Below are positions 42,998 through 51,731 of a DNA stretch of 64,000 nucleotides, piece by piece (within the stretch, counting starts at the first letter, position 1; each line of letters opens with the position of its first letter). This DNA is from Archaeoglobaceae archaeon (GTDB lineage Archaea; Halobacteriota; Archaeoglobi; Archaeoglobales; Archaeoglobaceae): the NCBI GenBank assembly GCA_038893835.1, contig JAWAQR010000001.1:1-64000 (forward strand), in the 5' to 3' direction. Both the position numbers and the translations under genes were made by a program. The notes below the pieces were generated by a model. That model ran no database searches. It was not told where the DNA came from and saw only the letters and a list, made by a program, of their open reading frames with translations.

Positions 42998-45337
42998 GTG
43001 GTTGAAGGTTTGCTGCTGGATGCTGAATATGTTACGGTTGATGAAAAAGCTGTGATAAGGCTCTGGTGTAAAGGTGAGGAGATTTTTACAGCCTACGATA
43101 GAAATTTCAAGCCATATTTCTACGTCTTTGGGGTAGATGAGGAAGTAATAGAAAAAGTCGTCGTAAAGAGCAAAAAAGGAATGATAGCTCCAGAATCATA
43201 TGAAAGGAGGAAAGTTAAAGTCTTTGGAAAAGAAGAAGAAGCTTTTGTAATCTATGCAAAACATCCTCAGCATGTTCCAAAGCTCAGAGAAATCTTTTCA
43301 GAATTCGGGGAAGTAAGAGAAGCAGATATTCCATTCGCTTACCGTTATTTAATTGATAAGGATTTAGCTTGCATGGATGGTGTAAGGATAAGTGGAAGGG
43401 AAATAGAGGGGAAAATAAAGAGTTATGAGATCGAAAATGTGGAAAGAATAGACATGGAAGTTCCTGAGATGAGAATACTTGCTTTTGATTGCGAAATGCT
43501 CTCTTCTTTTGGCATGCCAGATCCGGAGAGGGATCCAATAATTGTCATCGCGGTCAAATGGGGGGAAGGAGAAAAGGAAGAGGAGCTGATAGTAGGGGAA
43601 GAAAGAAAAATCCTGCAAAGGTTCGTTGAAATAATAAAATCCGTTGACCCTGACATAATCGTTGGATACAACCAAGATGCCTTTGATTGGCCTTACATAA
43701 GGAAAAGGGCTGAAAAACTGAAGGTTCCACTCAACATTGGCAGAGATGGAGGATCAATTAGTTTTAAAGGAGGGAGGCCAAAGATAACTGGAAGGTTAAA
43801 CGTGGATTTATACGATATCGCGTTGAGGATTAGTGAAGTGAAGATAAAGAAGTTGGAGAACATTGCAGAATTTTTGGGTGCAAAAGTTGAGGTTGAAGAC
43901 ATCGAAGGCAAGGATGTGGCCAAATACTGGGAAAAGGATAGAGAAAAGGTTCTTTTGCATGCAAGGAGGGATTTGATACACACTTTTACAATAGCCAAGG
44001 AGCTTTTACCAATGCACTATGAAATGTCGAAGCTAATAAGACTTCCCTTAGACGATGTAACCAGAATTGGTAGAGGGAAGCAAGTTGACTGGCTCTTGTT
44101 GAGCGAAGCTAAAAAGCTTGGAGAAGTTGCACCAAATGCAGTGGAGGTTGCAGAAAGTTATGAAGGAGCTTTTGTAATTGAGCCAGAAAGAGGGTTGCAT
44201 GAGAATGTTGCAGAACTAGATTTTGCTAGTATGTATCCGTCGATAATGATAGCCTTCAACATCAGCCCAGACACACTGAGTCCGAATGGGGAATTTGTAG
44301 CGCCGGAAGTTGGTTATAGATTCAGGAAACAACCGGATGGATTTTTCAAAAGAATCCTGATTTCTCTGATAAAGAGAAGGCAGGAGATAAAGAAGGCCAT
44401 GAAGACAATGGATGAAAGGGATCCGAAGTACAAGTTGTTGGACATAAAGCAGCAAGCACTGAAAATTCTCACAAATTCCTTCTATGGCTACATGGGCTGG
44501 AGCGGGGCGAGATGGTATTGCAAGGAATGTGCTGAAGCAACTACAGCATGGGGAAGATACTTTATAAAGACTTCTGCAAGAATTGCTGAGGAGATGGGAT
44601 TCAAAGTCCTTTATGGCGATACGGACAGCATATTCGTTTCCAAACCCGTTGGTATCGAAGAACTTAAAAAAGATGTAGAAAAGCTAATAGAGAGAATTTC
44701 AAAGGAGCTTCCGGTGCAAATAGAGCTCGATGAACTCTTTAGAACGATCTTCTTTGTTGAGAAGAAAAGATATGCGGGAATAACTGAGGACGGGAAAATA
44801 CTGGTAAGAGGGCTTGAAGTTAGAAGAGGAGACTGGTGCGAATTGGCGAAGAAGGCACAGAAGGAAGTAATAGAAATCCTTCTGAGAGAGAAGAATCCCG
44901 AAAAAGCTTTGAATTTTGTTATGAAAGTTATTGAGACGATCAGAAGTGGTAAGATTAAGCTGGAAGATGTTGTAATATACAAGGGGCTGACGAAGAAACC
45001 ATCGAAATATGAGGCTGTTCAGGCACATGTAAAGGCTGCTAAGAGAGCTGAGGAGATAGGGATCGTTTACCCAGTTGGATCAAAAGTTGGTTACGTCGTC
45101 GTCAAAGGGGCTGGAAATGTTGGAGATCGCGCTTATCCTATAGATATGGTAGAGAACTTCGATGGCGAGAATTTAAGGATAAAGCGCAGAGATGGTTATG
45201 AAGTCAAAAAGCTCGACAAGGATTACTACATAGAGCATCAAATACTCCCAGCTGTGATGAGAATTCTGGAAAGATTTGGTTATTCAGAAGCCAGGTTAAA
45301 AAGCACGCAGACTAGTTTGGACTCATTTTTCAGCTAA
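42998..45337 (+). CDS. polB: Family B DNA polymerase (no intein)
   Basis: Exonuclease motifs FDCE and GYNQDAFD; DFASMYPS, KILTNSFYGY, YGDTDS, KKRY, RGLEVRRGDW; PIP-like QTSLDSFF tail. Confidence 0.97.
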   Translation: MVEGLLLDAEYVTVDEKAVIRLWCKGEEIFTAYDRNFKPYFYVFGVDEEVIEKVVVKSKKGMIAPESYERRKVKVFGKEEEAFVIYAKHPQHVPKLREIFSEFGEVREADIPFAYRYLIDKDLACMDGVRISGREIEGKIKSYEIENVERIDMEVPEMRILAFDCEMLSSFGMPDPERDPIIVIAVKWGEGEKEEELIVGEERKILQRFVEIIKSVDPDIIVGYNQDAFDWPYIRKRAEKLKVPLNIGRDGGSISFKGGRPKITGRLNVDLYDIALRISEVKIKKLENIAEFLGAKVEVEDIEGKDVAKYWEKDREKVLLHARRDLIHTFTIAKELLPMHYEMSKLIRLPLDDVTRIGRGKQVDWLLLSEAKKLGEVAPNAVEVAESYEGAFVIEPERGLHENVAELDFASMYPSIMIAFNISPDTLSPNGEFVAPEVGYRFRKQPDGFFKRILISLIKRRQEIKKAMKTMDERDPKYKLLDIKQQALKILTNSFYGYMGWSGARWYCKECAEATTAWGRYFIKTSARIAEEMGFKVLYGDTDSIFVSKPVGIEELKKDVEKLIERISKELPVQIELDELFRTIFFVEKKRYAGITEDGKILVRGLEVRRGDWCELAKKAQKEVIEILLREKNPEKALNFVMKVIETIRSGKIKLEDVVIYKGLTKKPSKYEAVQAHVKAAKRAEEIGIVYPVGSKVGYVVVKGAGNVGDRAYPIDMVENFDGENLRIKRRDGYEVKKLDKDYYIEHQILPAVMRILERFGYSEARLKSTQTSLDSFFS

Positions 45338-46119
45338 ACTCCAAATGTTATCCTTAGCGCATTTCTCAAAGCTGGAGCAAAGCCAAAGACTAATAACACG
45401 AGCTTTATGAAATTTTTGAGAGTTCTTTTTTCTTCGCCTTCGATCAGGTAAAGGATTGTTGAGATCACGATGAACTTTACAATTGGCAGAGCTAATGGGC
45501 CGAAGTTGTCTACGATGAATCTTGGAAGCACATGGATTTCTACGTAGTCATAGAACTGAATTCCAATACAACTCGCAAAGCCATCGAGCATGTGGGCGAA
45601 CATGATCAGAATGCTCAGAAAATTCCTTGTTTTCTTAAATGTAGCGTAATAAAGAAAGGCTACAAGAGACGCCAATGCGATCGAGTTTGGAAAAACAAGC
45701 GGATTCACTATTACCAAGTTCGAGAAGAGAAGAAGAAATGTAAAGAAAGAAGGAATCAATCCCACGAACGCGTAAGGGATGTAATATCTCTTTGTCAATC
45801 TTCCTGAAATCATAAGTGTTGGAAAGGCTAAAAGAAAAATTAGGAGAAAGATGAATGGAGACATGAAGAGATAAGAAATTGGAGGATTTAGAAATCCGGC
45901 ATCCTCCAAAACTCTTGAAGAAGAGCCGAGAAAAATATATGGTACTGTCGCAATCACGAATTTCTCATCGATCTCGAATCTCTTTTCGAGAAAACGATAG
46001 AGAAGGAAGACTGCAATCACGAGGATTGCTGCCCAAGTAATCGTGTTCACCACGTTGTATCCTTCCTTGTACACAATGGAATCTATGTAATATTTCCTTA
46101 TGAACTCCCAAATGTCCAT
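45334..46119 (-). CDS. DUF63 family membrane protein
   Basis: GYNVVNT, SSRVLEDAG, AHMLDG, EIHVLP, GFAPALRN. Confidence 0.8.
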   Translation of the reverse strand: MDIWEFIRKYYIDSIVYKEGYNVVNTITWAAILVIAVFLLYRFLEKRFEIDEKFVIATVPYIFLGSSSRVLEDAGFLNPPISYLFMSPFIFLLIFLLAFPTLMISGRLTKRYYIPYAFVGLIPSFFTFLLLFSNLVIVNPLVFPNSIALASLVAFLYYATFKKTRNFLSILIMFAHMLDGFASCIGIQFYDYVEIHVLPRFIVDNFGPLALPIVKFIVISTILYLIEGEEKRTLKNFIKLVLLVFGFAPALRNALRITFGV

Positions 46120-46140
46120 GGAAAAAATTCCTGCTGCTTA

Positions 46141-47025
46141 TTAATCTTCCTGCTTAACGATGAGCCCCATGTTTCTTAGAATTCTAACTACTTCAGCATT
46201 ATATGGAAATGAGTCCTGTTCAGCGTATTTGGCTAAAAAATCTTCTGCAAGCTCTATTGGGCTGCCGTTTACTTCTTCACTTCTTTTTACCTTTATCTCC
46301 ATTTCAAGTAGCTTTCTCTTCAGTTCTCCATGAAATTCACTTCCATCACTCACATCTATCCCCTCAACACATCCACGCCAGAAAATCGTCATACCTTCTC
46401 CAAATATTTCCCTATACTTAATAAACTGTTTTCTGGAGTACAATTCATAAATTCTGTGATCTGCAAAAAGCGCCTTACTTTCGATCCATCTTATTTTTTT
46501 ACCAAATATTTCCACCGGCTCTTCTAGCAAAAAGTCGGGTGTTTTCTGCATTCTCAACTCCTTCTCCCTTTTAAACCTAACTCTAAGCCTCTTTAACTCC
46601 TCTTCAACTATTTTTTCTCCTATTTCTCCAAGAACGGATTGAAGTTTTATTGCTATTGGAGAATAAATGAAGTCAATTGAAACTGCTCTATAAACGACTT
46701 TTGAAAGATCGTTATCAAGAATTTCTGGTCTTCTTAATGCCATATTTATTTCCTTTGTAGAAAAACCCATCGCATTTAGTAAAAGTCGAACTTTCATAAC
46801 CGGGGTTAAAGTTAACCATTCAGGAAATTTTTTATTTTCTTTCCAGTATTTAAGTATTTCCATCTTTTTTTCTACAAATAAATGATACTTCTTTTTGACA
46901 TTTTCCACTTTCTTCTGGAGGAGAATGGAGTGTAAAACCCCTCTGGGAAGATTAAACTTGTTTAAATCTGCAATTTTATTTATTTTCTTTCTGATCTCCA
47001 AGTAATCCTGCAACGGGAGTTTCAT
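46141..47025 (-). CDS. C15orf41/CDIN1-like (TPD domain) PD-(D/E)XK nuclease
   Basis: D.IYSP, GEIGE, KTPDFLL, WIESKALF, QF..Y...FGEG; ATG 47025 overlaps the pcc1 stop (ATGA). Confidence 0.78.
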   Translation of the reverse strand: MKLPLQDYLEIRKKINKIADLNKFNLPRGVLHSILLQKKVENVKKKYHLFVEKKMEILKYWKENKKFPEWLTLTPVMKVRLLLNAMGFSTKEINMALRRPEILDNDLSKVVYRAVSIDFIYSPIAIKLQSVLGEIGEKIVEEELKRLRVRFKREKELRMQKTPDFLLEEPVEIFGKKIRWIESKALFADHRIYELYSRKQFIKYREIFGEGMTIFWRGCVEGIDVSDGSEFHGELKRKLLEMEIKVKRSEEVNGSPIELAEDFLAKYAEQDSFPYNAEVVRILRNMGLIVKQED

Positions 47026-47225
47026 ATCTGTTCGCACATCTTTATGTGAATTAAGTAATCGTCCAACGCATAAAGGAGGGAACTGATCTTGTGAGTTTTA
47101 ACTTCTATCACTATTTTATCCCCATCAGCATAACATCTACACCATTCTGGATCGTCAATGCTGAGGGCTTTTACGATTTTTTCTGCATCTCTAATTTCTA
47201 TTTCTAGGCGAGCATAGCACAGCAG
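47022..47225 (-). CDS. pcc1: KEOPS complex subunit Pcc1 (probable CTG start)
   Basis: Absent from the ORF track. Manual translation: (M)LCYARLEIEIRDAEKIVKALSIDDPEWCRCYADGDKIVIEVKTHKISSLLYALDDYLIHIKMCEQI. Usual position after the DHH/GAN gene; GGAGGT 9 nt upstream of CTG. Confidence 0.78.
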   Translation of the reverse strand: MLCYARLEIEIRDAEKIVKALSIDDPEWCRCYADGDKIVIEVKTHKISSLLYALDDYLIHIKMCEQI

Positions 47226-48514
47226 AGCCTATCTACCTCCTTCAGAAATTCCTCTATCTTTTCCCGAGCTATGTTTGCCCCAGCAGCAACTCTATGTCCC
47301 CCTCCTATTCCGTTTACCTTTGCGGCGGATAAGCGCATGACTTCCGCTAAATCGAGCTTTTTTGCAATTTTTTCTGTAGTTCTTGCCGAAACTTTCACTT
47401 TTCCATCCTTCTTTATATTTAGGACTATCAGTGGCTTGTCTGGGAAAAGGTAACGGGAAAGGATTGTTGCAACAGAACTAGTTGAGGGTGCATCATCCAT
47501 TATTAAATAGCGGATGCAAAAACCTTCTCTAACCTCATTTCTTCTCCTATAAATCTCCTCCAAGATTTCGATTTTGAACTTTTCTGCGATTTCCATTCCC
47601 TCTTTAAGCGCCTTTTCATCTCCTAGCAAAATGCTAAATGCAATGCCAGTTGCGCCAATTCTTCCGCATGAGTTGATTATGTCCACCATTGTTACTGGAT
47701 TTTTGACTACCAGGTTTTTTACCAAGATCTTTTTTCCTATTATCTGATCGAAGACACCCTCATATGCACCAAGCTTTAAAAGTCTCAGAGCAATTGCATC
47801 AGCAAGTCTCTGGACTTCGATTTCTGAAAGTTCATCAACTTCTCTATCTTCATCAATCTTTAAACTTCTCAGGAATTTTTGAAGCTCCTCATCTTTTTTG
47901 TAAAAGTCCAAGAATGGTTCAAAGCTCATCTTCAGGGCTTTAGAAATCTTTCCCGAAGGTAGGTTTATACCCCTGTTCACTTCAATACACCCTGCCTCTA
48001 TTCCCTCTCTCATGATCTCTCCATTCAATCCTATGAACTTTTGCTTATCTCCAATTGCCCCCAAAATTGCCAAAGATGCTAAATCCCTGTTGCCATTTAA
48101 CTCTCTTGCAAATAAATAAGCTACGCCACTTGCAGAGATTTCATAAGTGCCATCGATGCCAAAGAGATGTGGATTAACGTGTACAAGGTTTTTCTTACCC
48201 CTTATTTCTCCATCTGGCTTATGATGATCCAGTATTATTATATCGGAATCTATTTTGGAAATCTTTTCACTGTATCCACTTCCCATATCCGCGAATATTA
48301 TTAGCTCAGCCTCATCGGCCTCGAAATCGTTTAAACCTTTGAGAAAGCTAATCTGGAACTCTTTCCCAAGTCTCAGCAAGGCTCTTGCTATTATTGCACC
48401 AGCCGAAATTCCATCAACATCGTAATGAGTATATATTCTTACAAACTCGTGTCTCAAAAGCAGATTTGCAGCCTTCTTTGCACTTTCTTTAATTGTTAAG
48501 CCCGAACTCATCAT
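47204..48514 (-). CDS. RecJ/Cdc45-like DHH protein (GAN-type)
   Basis: THYDVDG, DMGSG, LDHH, NPH, GAIGD, INSCGR, VSAR, GGGH..AAG. Confidence 0.88.
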   Translation of the reverse strand: MMSSGLTIKESAKKAANLLLRHEFVRIYTHYDVDGISAGAIIARALLRLGKEFQISFLKGLNDFEADEAELIIFADMGSGYSEKISKIDSDIIILDHHKPDGEIRGKKNLVHVNPHLFGIDGTYEISASGVAYLFARELNGNRDLASLAILGAIGDKQKFIGLNGEIMREGIEAGCIEVNRGINLPSGKISKALKMSFEPFLDFYKKDEELQKFLRSLKIDEDREVDELSEIEVQRLADAIALRLLKLGAYEGVFDQIIGKKILVKNLVVKNPVTMVDIINSCGRIGATGIAFSILLGDEKALKEGMEIAEKFKIEILEEIYRRRNEVREGFCIRYLIMDDAPSTSSVATILSRYLFPDKPLIVLNIKKDGKVKVSARTTEKIAKKLDLAEVMRLSAAKVNGIGGGHRVAAGANIAREKIEEFLKEVDRLCCAMLA

Positions 48515-49877
48515 GCACTATTTTTACAGCATTTATTCCATCTTCGGATTTCACGACAAAAGATATGTTGTACTCTGAACAACTCTGGCTTATCATTATT
48601 ACATTTATATTATTCCTACCAAGAGCCGAGAATATTCTTCCTGCCACTCCAGGAGTCCCAGCCATTCCCGCACCAACTGCACTTATTACAGCAACGTTCT
48701 CAGTTTTATTAACCTTTATTACACCATTTTCTATTTTCTTCAGCGCTTGATAAGCTTTTTCGAGATCTTTCTGATCCACAACAATGGACAAGCTCAACTC
48801 AGATGAACTCTGAGCCACCATTATCACTCCAACTTTTTCCTCAGCAAGTAATCTGAAAACTTCTGCCATAATTTCTGCAAAATCAAAACCAGCACCACTT
48901 ATGCTTACTATTCCGGCCCTCGGTATTAGGCTCAATGCCTTAACAACATCCTTGCTCTCCCTTGTATCAGAGCAAATAACAGTCCCCTCAAAGTCTGGAT
49001 TAAAAATATTCTTTATCCTGACTGGAATGTTCTTCCTCATTACCGGAATTAGAGCGAGGGGATGCAGGATTTTTGCTCCAAAATGAGAGAGCTCCATCGC
49101 TTCCTGATAAGATATCTGTGGGATAAATTTTGCGTTTGGAACAAACTTCGGATCACATGTCATTATCCCATTAACTTCCTTCCAGAGCCATACTTCATCT
49201 GCATTAAGCGCCGAGGCAAGTATTGTCGCTGTATAATCGCTACCGCCCCTTCCAAGCGTTGTTATACTCCCATCATCTGCACAGCCTATGAATCCCGTAA
49301 CGACCGGAACCATCTTCTTTATCTTTAACAATGGTTCAATTCTGTTCCTTATCAACTCATAAACTCCTGGCAATGGCTTCGCCTTTCCGTAGTTCTTATC
49401 TGTTATAATTCCGGCATCACATCCAGTTAGGGCAACAGAGTCGACGCCAAGGGAAAGAAGGGAGGCTGAAAATATTGGTGCTACAAGTCTTTCCCCAAAG
49501 GAGACGATATAATCTTCACTCCTCTTTGTCAGCTCTCCTAGATAAGTTATACCAAGCAGAACTTTTTCCAGCTCATCAAAGAGTTTTTCAAGAGCATATA
49601 TAACTCTGTTCTTAACATCTTCATTCAAAACAGCTTTTTCCACAGCTTCATAATGCTTTTTCATCATTTCCGCAACAAAGAGCTTTACAAATCCTGCTGA
49701 GGCCTCGGAACTGCATTTTTTAGCAGCATTTATGAGTGCATCGGTAACTCCTGACATGGCAGAAACTACAACTACGATTTCATTTCCATTCGCAAATTTT
49801 TTCACGAGATTAGCGCTATGAAGTATGCTTTCCCCATCCTTTACACTTACACCTCCGAATTTCATGACTATTCTCAT
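48489..49877 (-). CDS. lysC: Aspartate kinase
   Basis: MKFGGVS, VVVSAM, SFGE, TTLGRGGSDYT, two ACT domains. Confidence 0.95.
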   Translation of the reverse strand: MRIVMKFGGVSVKDGESILHSANLVKKFANGNEIVVVVSAMSGVTDALINAAKKCSSEASAGFVKLFVAEMMKKHYEAVEKAVLNEDVKNRVIYALEKLFDELEKVLLGITYLGELTKRSEDYIVSFGERLVAPIFSASLLSLGVDSVALTGCDAGIITDKNYGKAKPLPGVYELIRNRIEPLLKIKKMVPVVTGFIGCADDGSITTLGRGGSDYTATILASALNADEVWLWKEVNGIMTCDPKFVPNAKFIPQISYQEAMELSHFGAKILHPLALIPVMRKNIPVRIKNIFNPDFEGTVICSDTRESKDVVKALSLIPRAGIVSISGAGFDFAEIMAEVFRLLAEEKVGVIMVAQSSSELSLSIVVDQKDLEKAYQALKKIENGVIKVNKTENVAVISAVGAGMAGTPGVAGRIFSALGRNNINVIMISQSCSEYNISFVVKSEDGINAVKIVHDEFGLNN

Positions 49878-49962
49878 ATCCCGAAAGCAAAGGTTAGAAA
49901 ATATAAATCTGTCGAACTTTTAAAATCGAAAAATTTTAATTGATCGTTTCATCTAAAACTAA

Positions 49963-50607
49963 ATGGTGATTCCAATGGAGTTTTCAAGGGTAAATTTTTT
50001 CAGATGGAGATATGAAGCCAGGTTTGAGTATAAGCTAATGCTAGCCATAATCTTCGCCATTTTTACTGGCATGTGTGCCCAGATACGAATTCCACTCCCT
50101 TGGACACCAGTTCCGATCACGATGCAGACTTTCGCAGTCTTTCTGAGTGCTATAATCTTAGGAAAGAACTGGGGAGGGATTTCGCAGTTTATCTATGTCT
50201 CACTTGGAACTCTTGGCATTCCTTGGTTTGCCGGATTTAAGGGGGGAATTTCTGCAATTCTTGGCCCTACAGGCGGGTATTTGCTTGGCTTTATAATTGC
50301 AGCATTCTTCATTGGTTACTTCATAGATCGCTTTATCTTATCTAGGTTTTTCATAACCTTACTTCCACTCCTGCTTTTCGCAAACTTCATCATAATCCAT
50401 GGTCTGGGATGTACTTGGCTTTATTTCTGGCTTCTTTCAATAGGAAAAGATCCTTCATTGTCTGAAATTCTGCTCATGGGGTCTTTACCATTCGTTCCTG
50501 GCGATCTTGCCAAGATATTTGCCTTAGCAGCAATAGGAAAACTGATAATGCCAAAGAGTGCATACAACGGTGAGATTGATGTGGGAAGGAAATATAAATT
50601 GTTTTAA
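49963..50607 (+). CDS. bioY: Biotin transporter BioY
   Basis: TPVPITMQ, G.PWFAG, GPTGGYLLGF, PFVPGD..K. Confidence 0.92.
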   Translation: MVIPMEFSRVNFFRWRYEARFEYKLMLAIIFAIFTGMCAQIRIPLPWTPVPITMQTFAVFLSAIILGKNWGGISQFIYVSLGTLGIPWFAGFKGGISAILGPTGGYLLGFIIAAFFIGYFIDRFILSRFFITLLPLLLFANFIIIHGLGCTWLYFWLLSIGKDPSLSEILLMGSLPFVPGDLAKIFALAAIGKLIMPKSAYNGEIDVGRKYKLF

Positions 50608-50616
50608 AAAATAATT

Positions 50617-51039
50617 TTATTTTTTGAACAACTTTGAAGAATCCCAGGAGTAAATTTTCTCTGGCTTTACCTTTACAACTACCCTTGGTATCTGGAGCAG
50701 TTGCTGGAATTCAGGATCTTCGGGGGAAAGGTATTTCAGAAGAACTTTTCTTGAAAGTTCTTCGCTTTCAACTATTTCCGCCGTTCCCCTTATGATGACT
50801 CCTTTGTTTCCCTCCTTTTCCGATACATCAACAACTACTGCTACCTTGGGATTTCTAATTATATTCCTAACCTTGGCTGAGAACTTGCCAGTAGAGATGT
50901 AGATGAACTCACCATCATATAAAAACCAGACTGGATGAACGTTTGGGGTCAAATCTTTTCCAACTGTGGCTATTCTCGCTATAAGGGGCTTGGAAAGAAA
51001 TTCCTGTATCTCTTTTTGGCTCATACTTATATCGATCAT
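50617..51039 (-). CDS. Pyridoxamine 5'-phosphate oxidase-like (PPOX, possibly F420-binding) protein
   Basis: RIATV...P.VHPVWF, KVRNIIRNPKVAVVVD, IRGTA, SWD. Confidence 0.85.
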   Translation of the reverse strand: MIDISMSQKEIQEFLSKPLIARIATVGKDLTPNVHPVWFLYDGEFIYISTGKFSAKVRNIIRNPKVAVVVDVSEKEGNKGVIIRGTAEIVESEELSRKVLLKYLSPEDPEFQQLLQIPRVVVKVKPEKIYSWDSSKLFKK

Positions 51040-51122
51040 GAGTAAAATTAGCTTCTCTATTTAAAAAATTAACTAAATTGGTTTCCCAACATAAATCTAT
51101 TAATAAAGACTCAATTTTCTAC

Positions 51123-51731
51123 ATGGACATCGTCGTTGGTGGTGGTAGATTTGGTGTTAAAGCGGCTGAGTATCTTGTGTCTAAGAAAAGAGAGTTCATC
51201 GTTCTGGATCCGGATGAGAACTGCGATGCTGCGAAAAAATTTAAAGAAAGATTTATAAAAGCTAAAGCTAAAGATTTGCGAAGATTTGTTGAAGAGCTAA
51301 AGCCTGAATGGATTTTTCCCACTGCACCGATTCACGTTGCTGCAGAAGCTCTAAGTGATAACTTTAAGCCTTGGAAAGAGAAAGTCAACGAGATCTTGGC
51401 AGGTCTTCCTTTGAAAGTAATTGTATCCATTGGAAAAGGGAGTATTGCTGTGAGTTATAATAGAGATGATACCTGCATTCAAAACTGTTCATCGCCAGAG
51501 ATATGTCCTGTGACAAAGATTAAACGTCCATGCCCGATGTACGATTTGCTGAGTTTTGCCTGTTCTGAGGCACATATTTTGATAAGCCATCAGTTGGCTC
51601 CGGGTTTGGGGGCTATAAGGGGAGAAGATTTGCTTGAAGTTTTAGAAATTTCAAGAAAAGTTGATAAGCTAATAGTTGCAACTGCCTGCAAATGCCATGG
51701 AGTAATAACGGCTCTGATCAAGTCTTCTTAG
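51123..51731 (+). CDS. Hypothetical protein with N-terminal Rossmann motif and Cys-rich C-terminus
   Basis: VGGGRFG, PTAPIH, CIQNCSSPEICP, SHQLAPG.G, TACKCHG. Confidence 0.75.
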   Translation: MDIVVGGGRFGVKAAEYLVSKKREFIVLDPDENCDAAKKFKERFIKAKAKDLRRFVEELKPEWIFPTAPIHVAAEALSDNFKPWKEKVNEILAGLPLKVIVSIGKGSIAVSYNRDDTCIQNCSSPEICPVTKIKRPCPMYDLLSFACSEAHILISHQLAPGLGAIRGEDLLEVLEISRKVDKLIVATACKCHGVITALIKSS

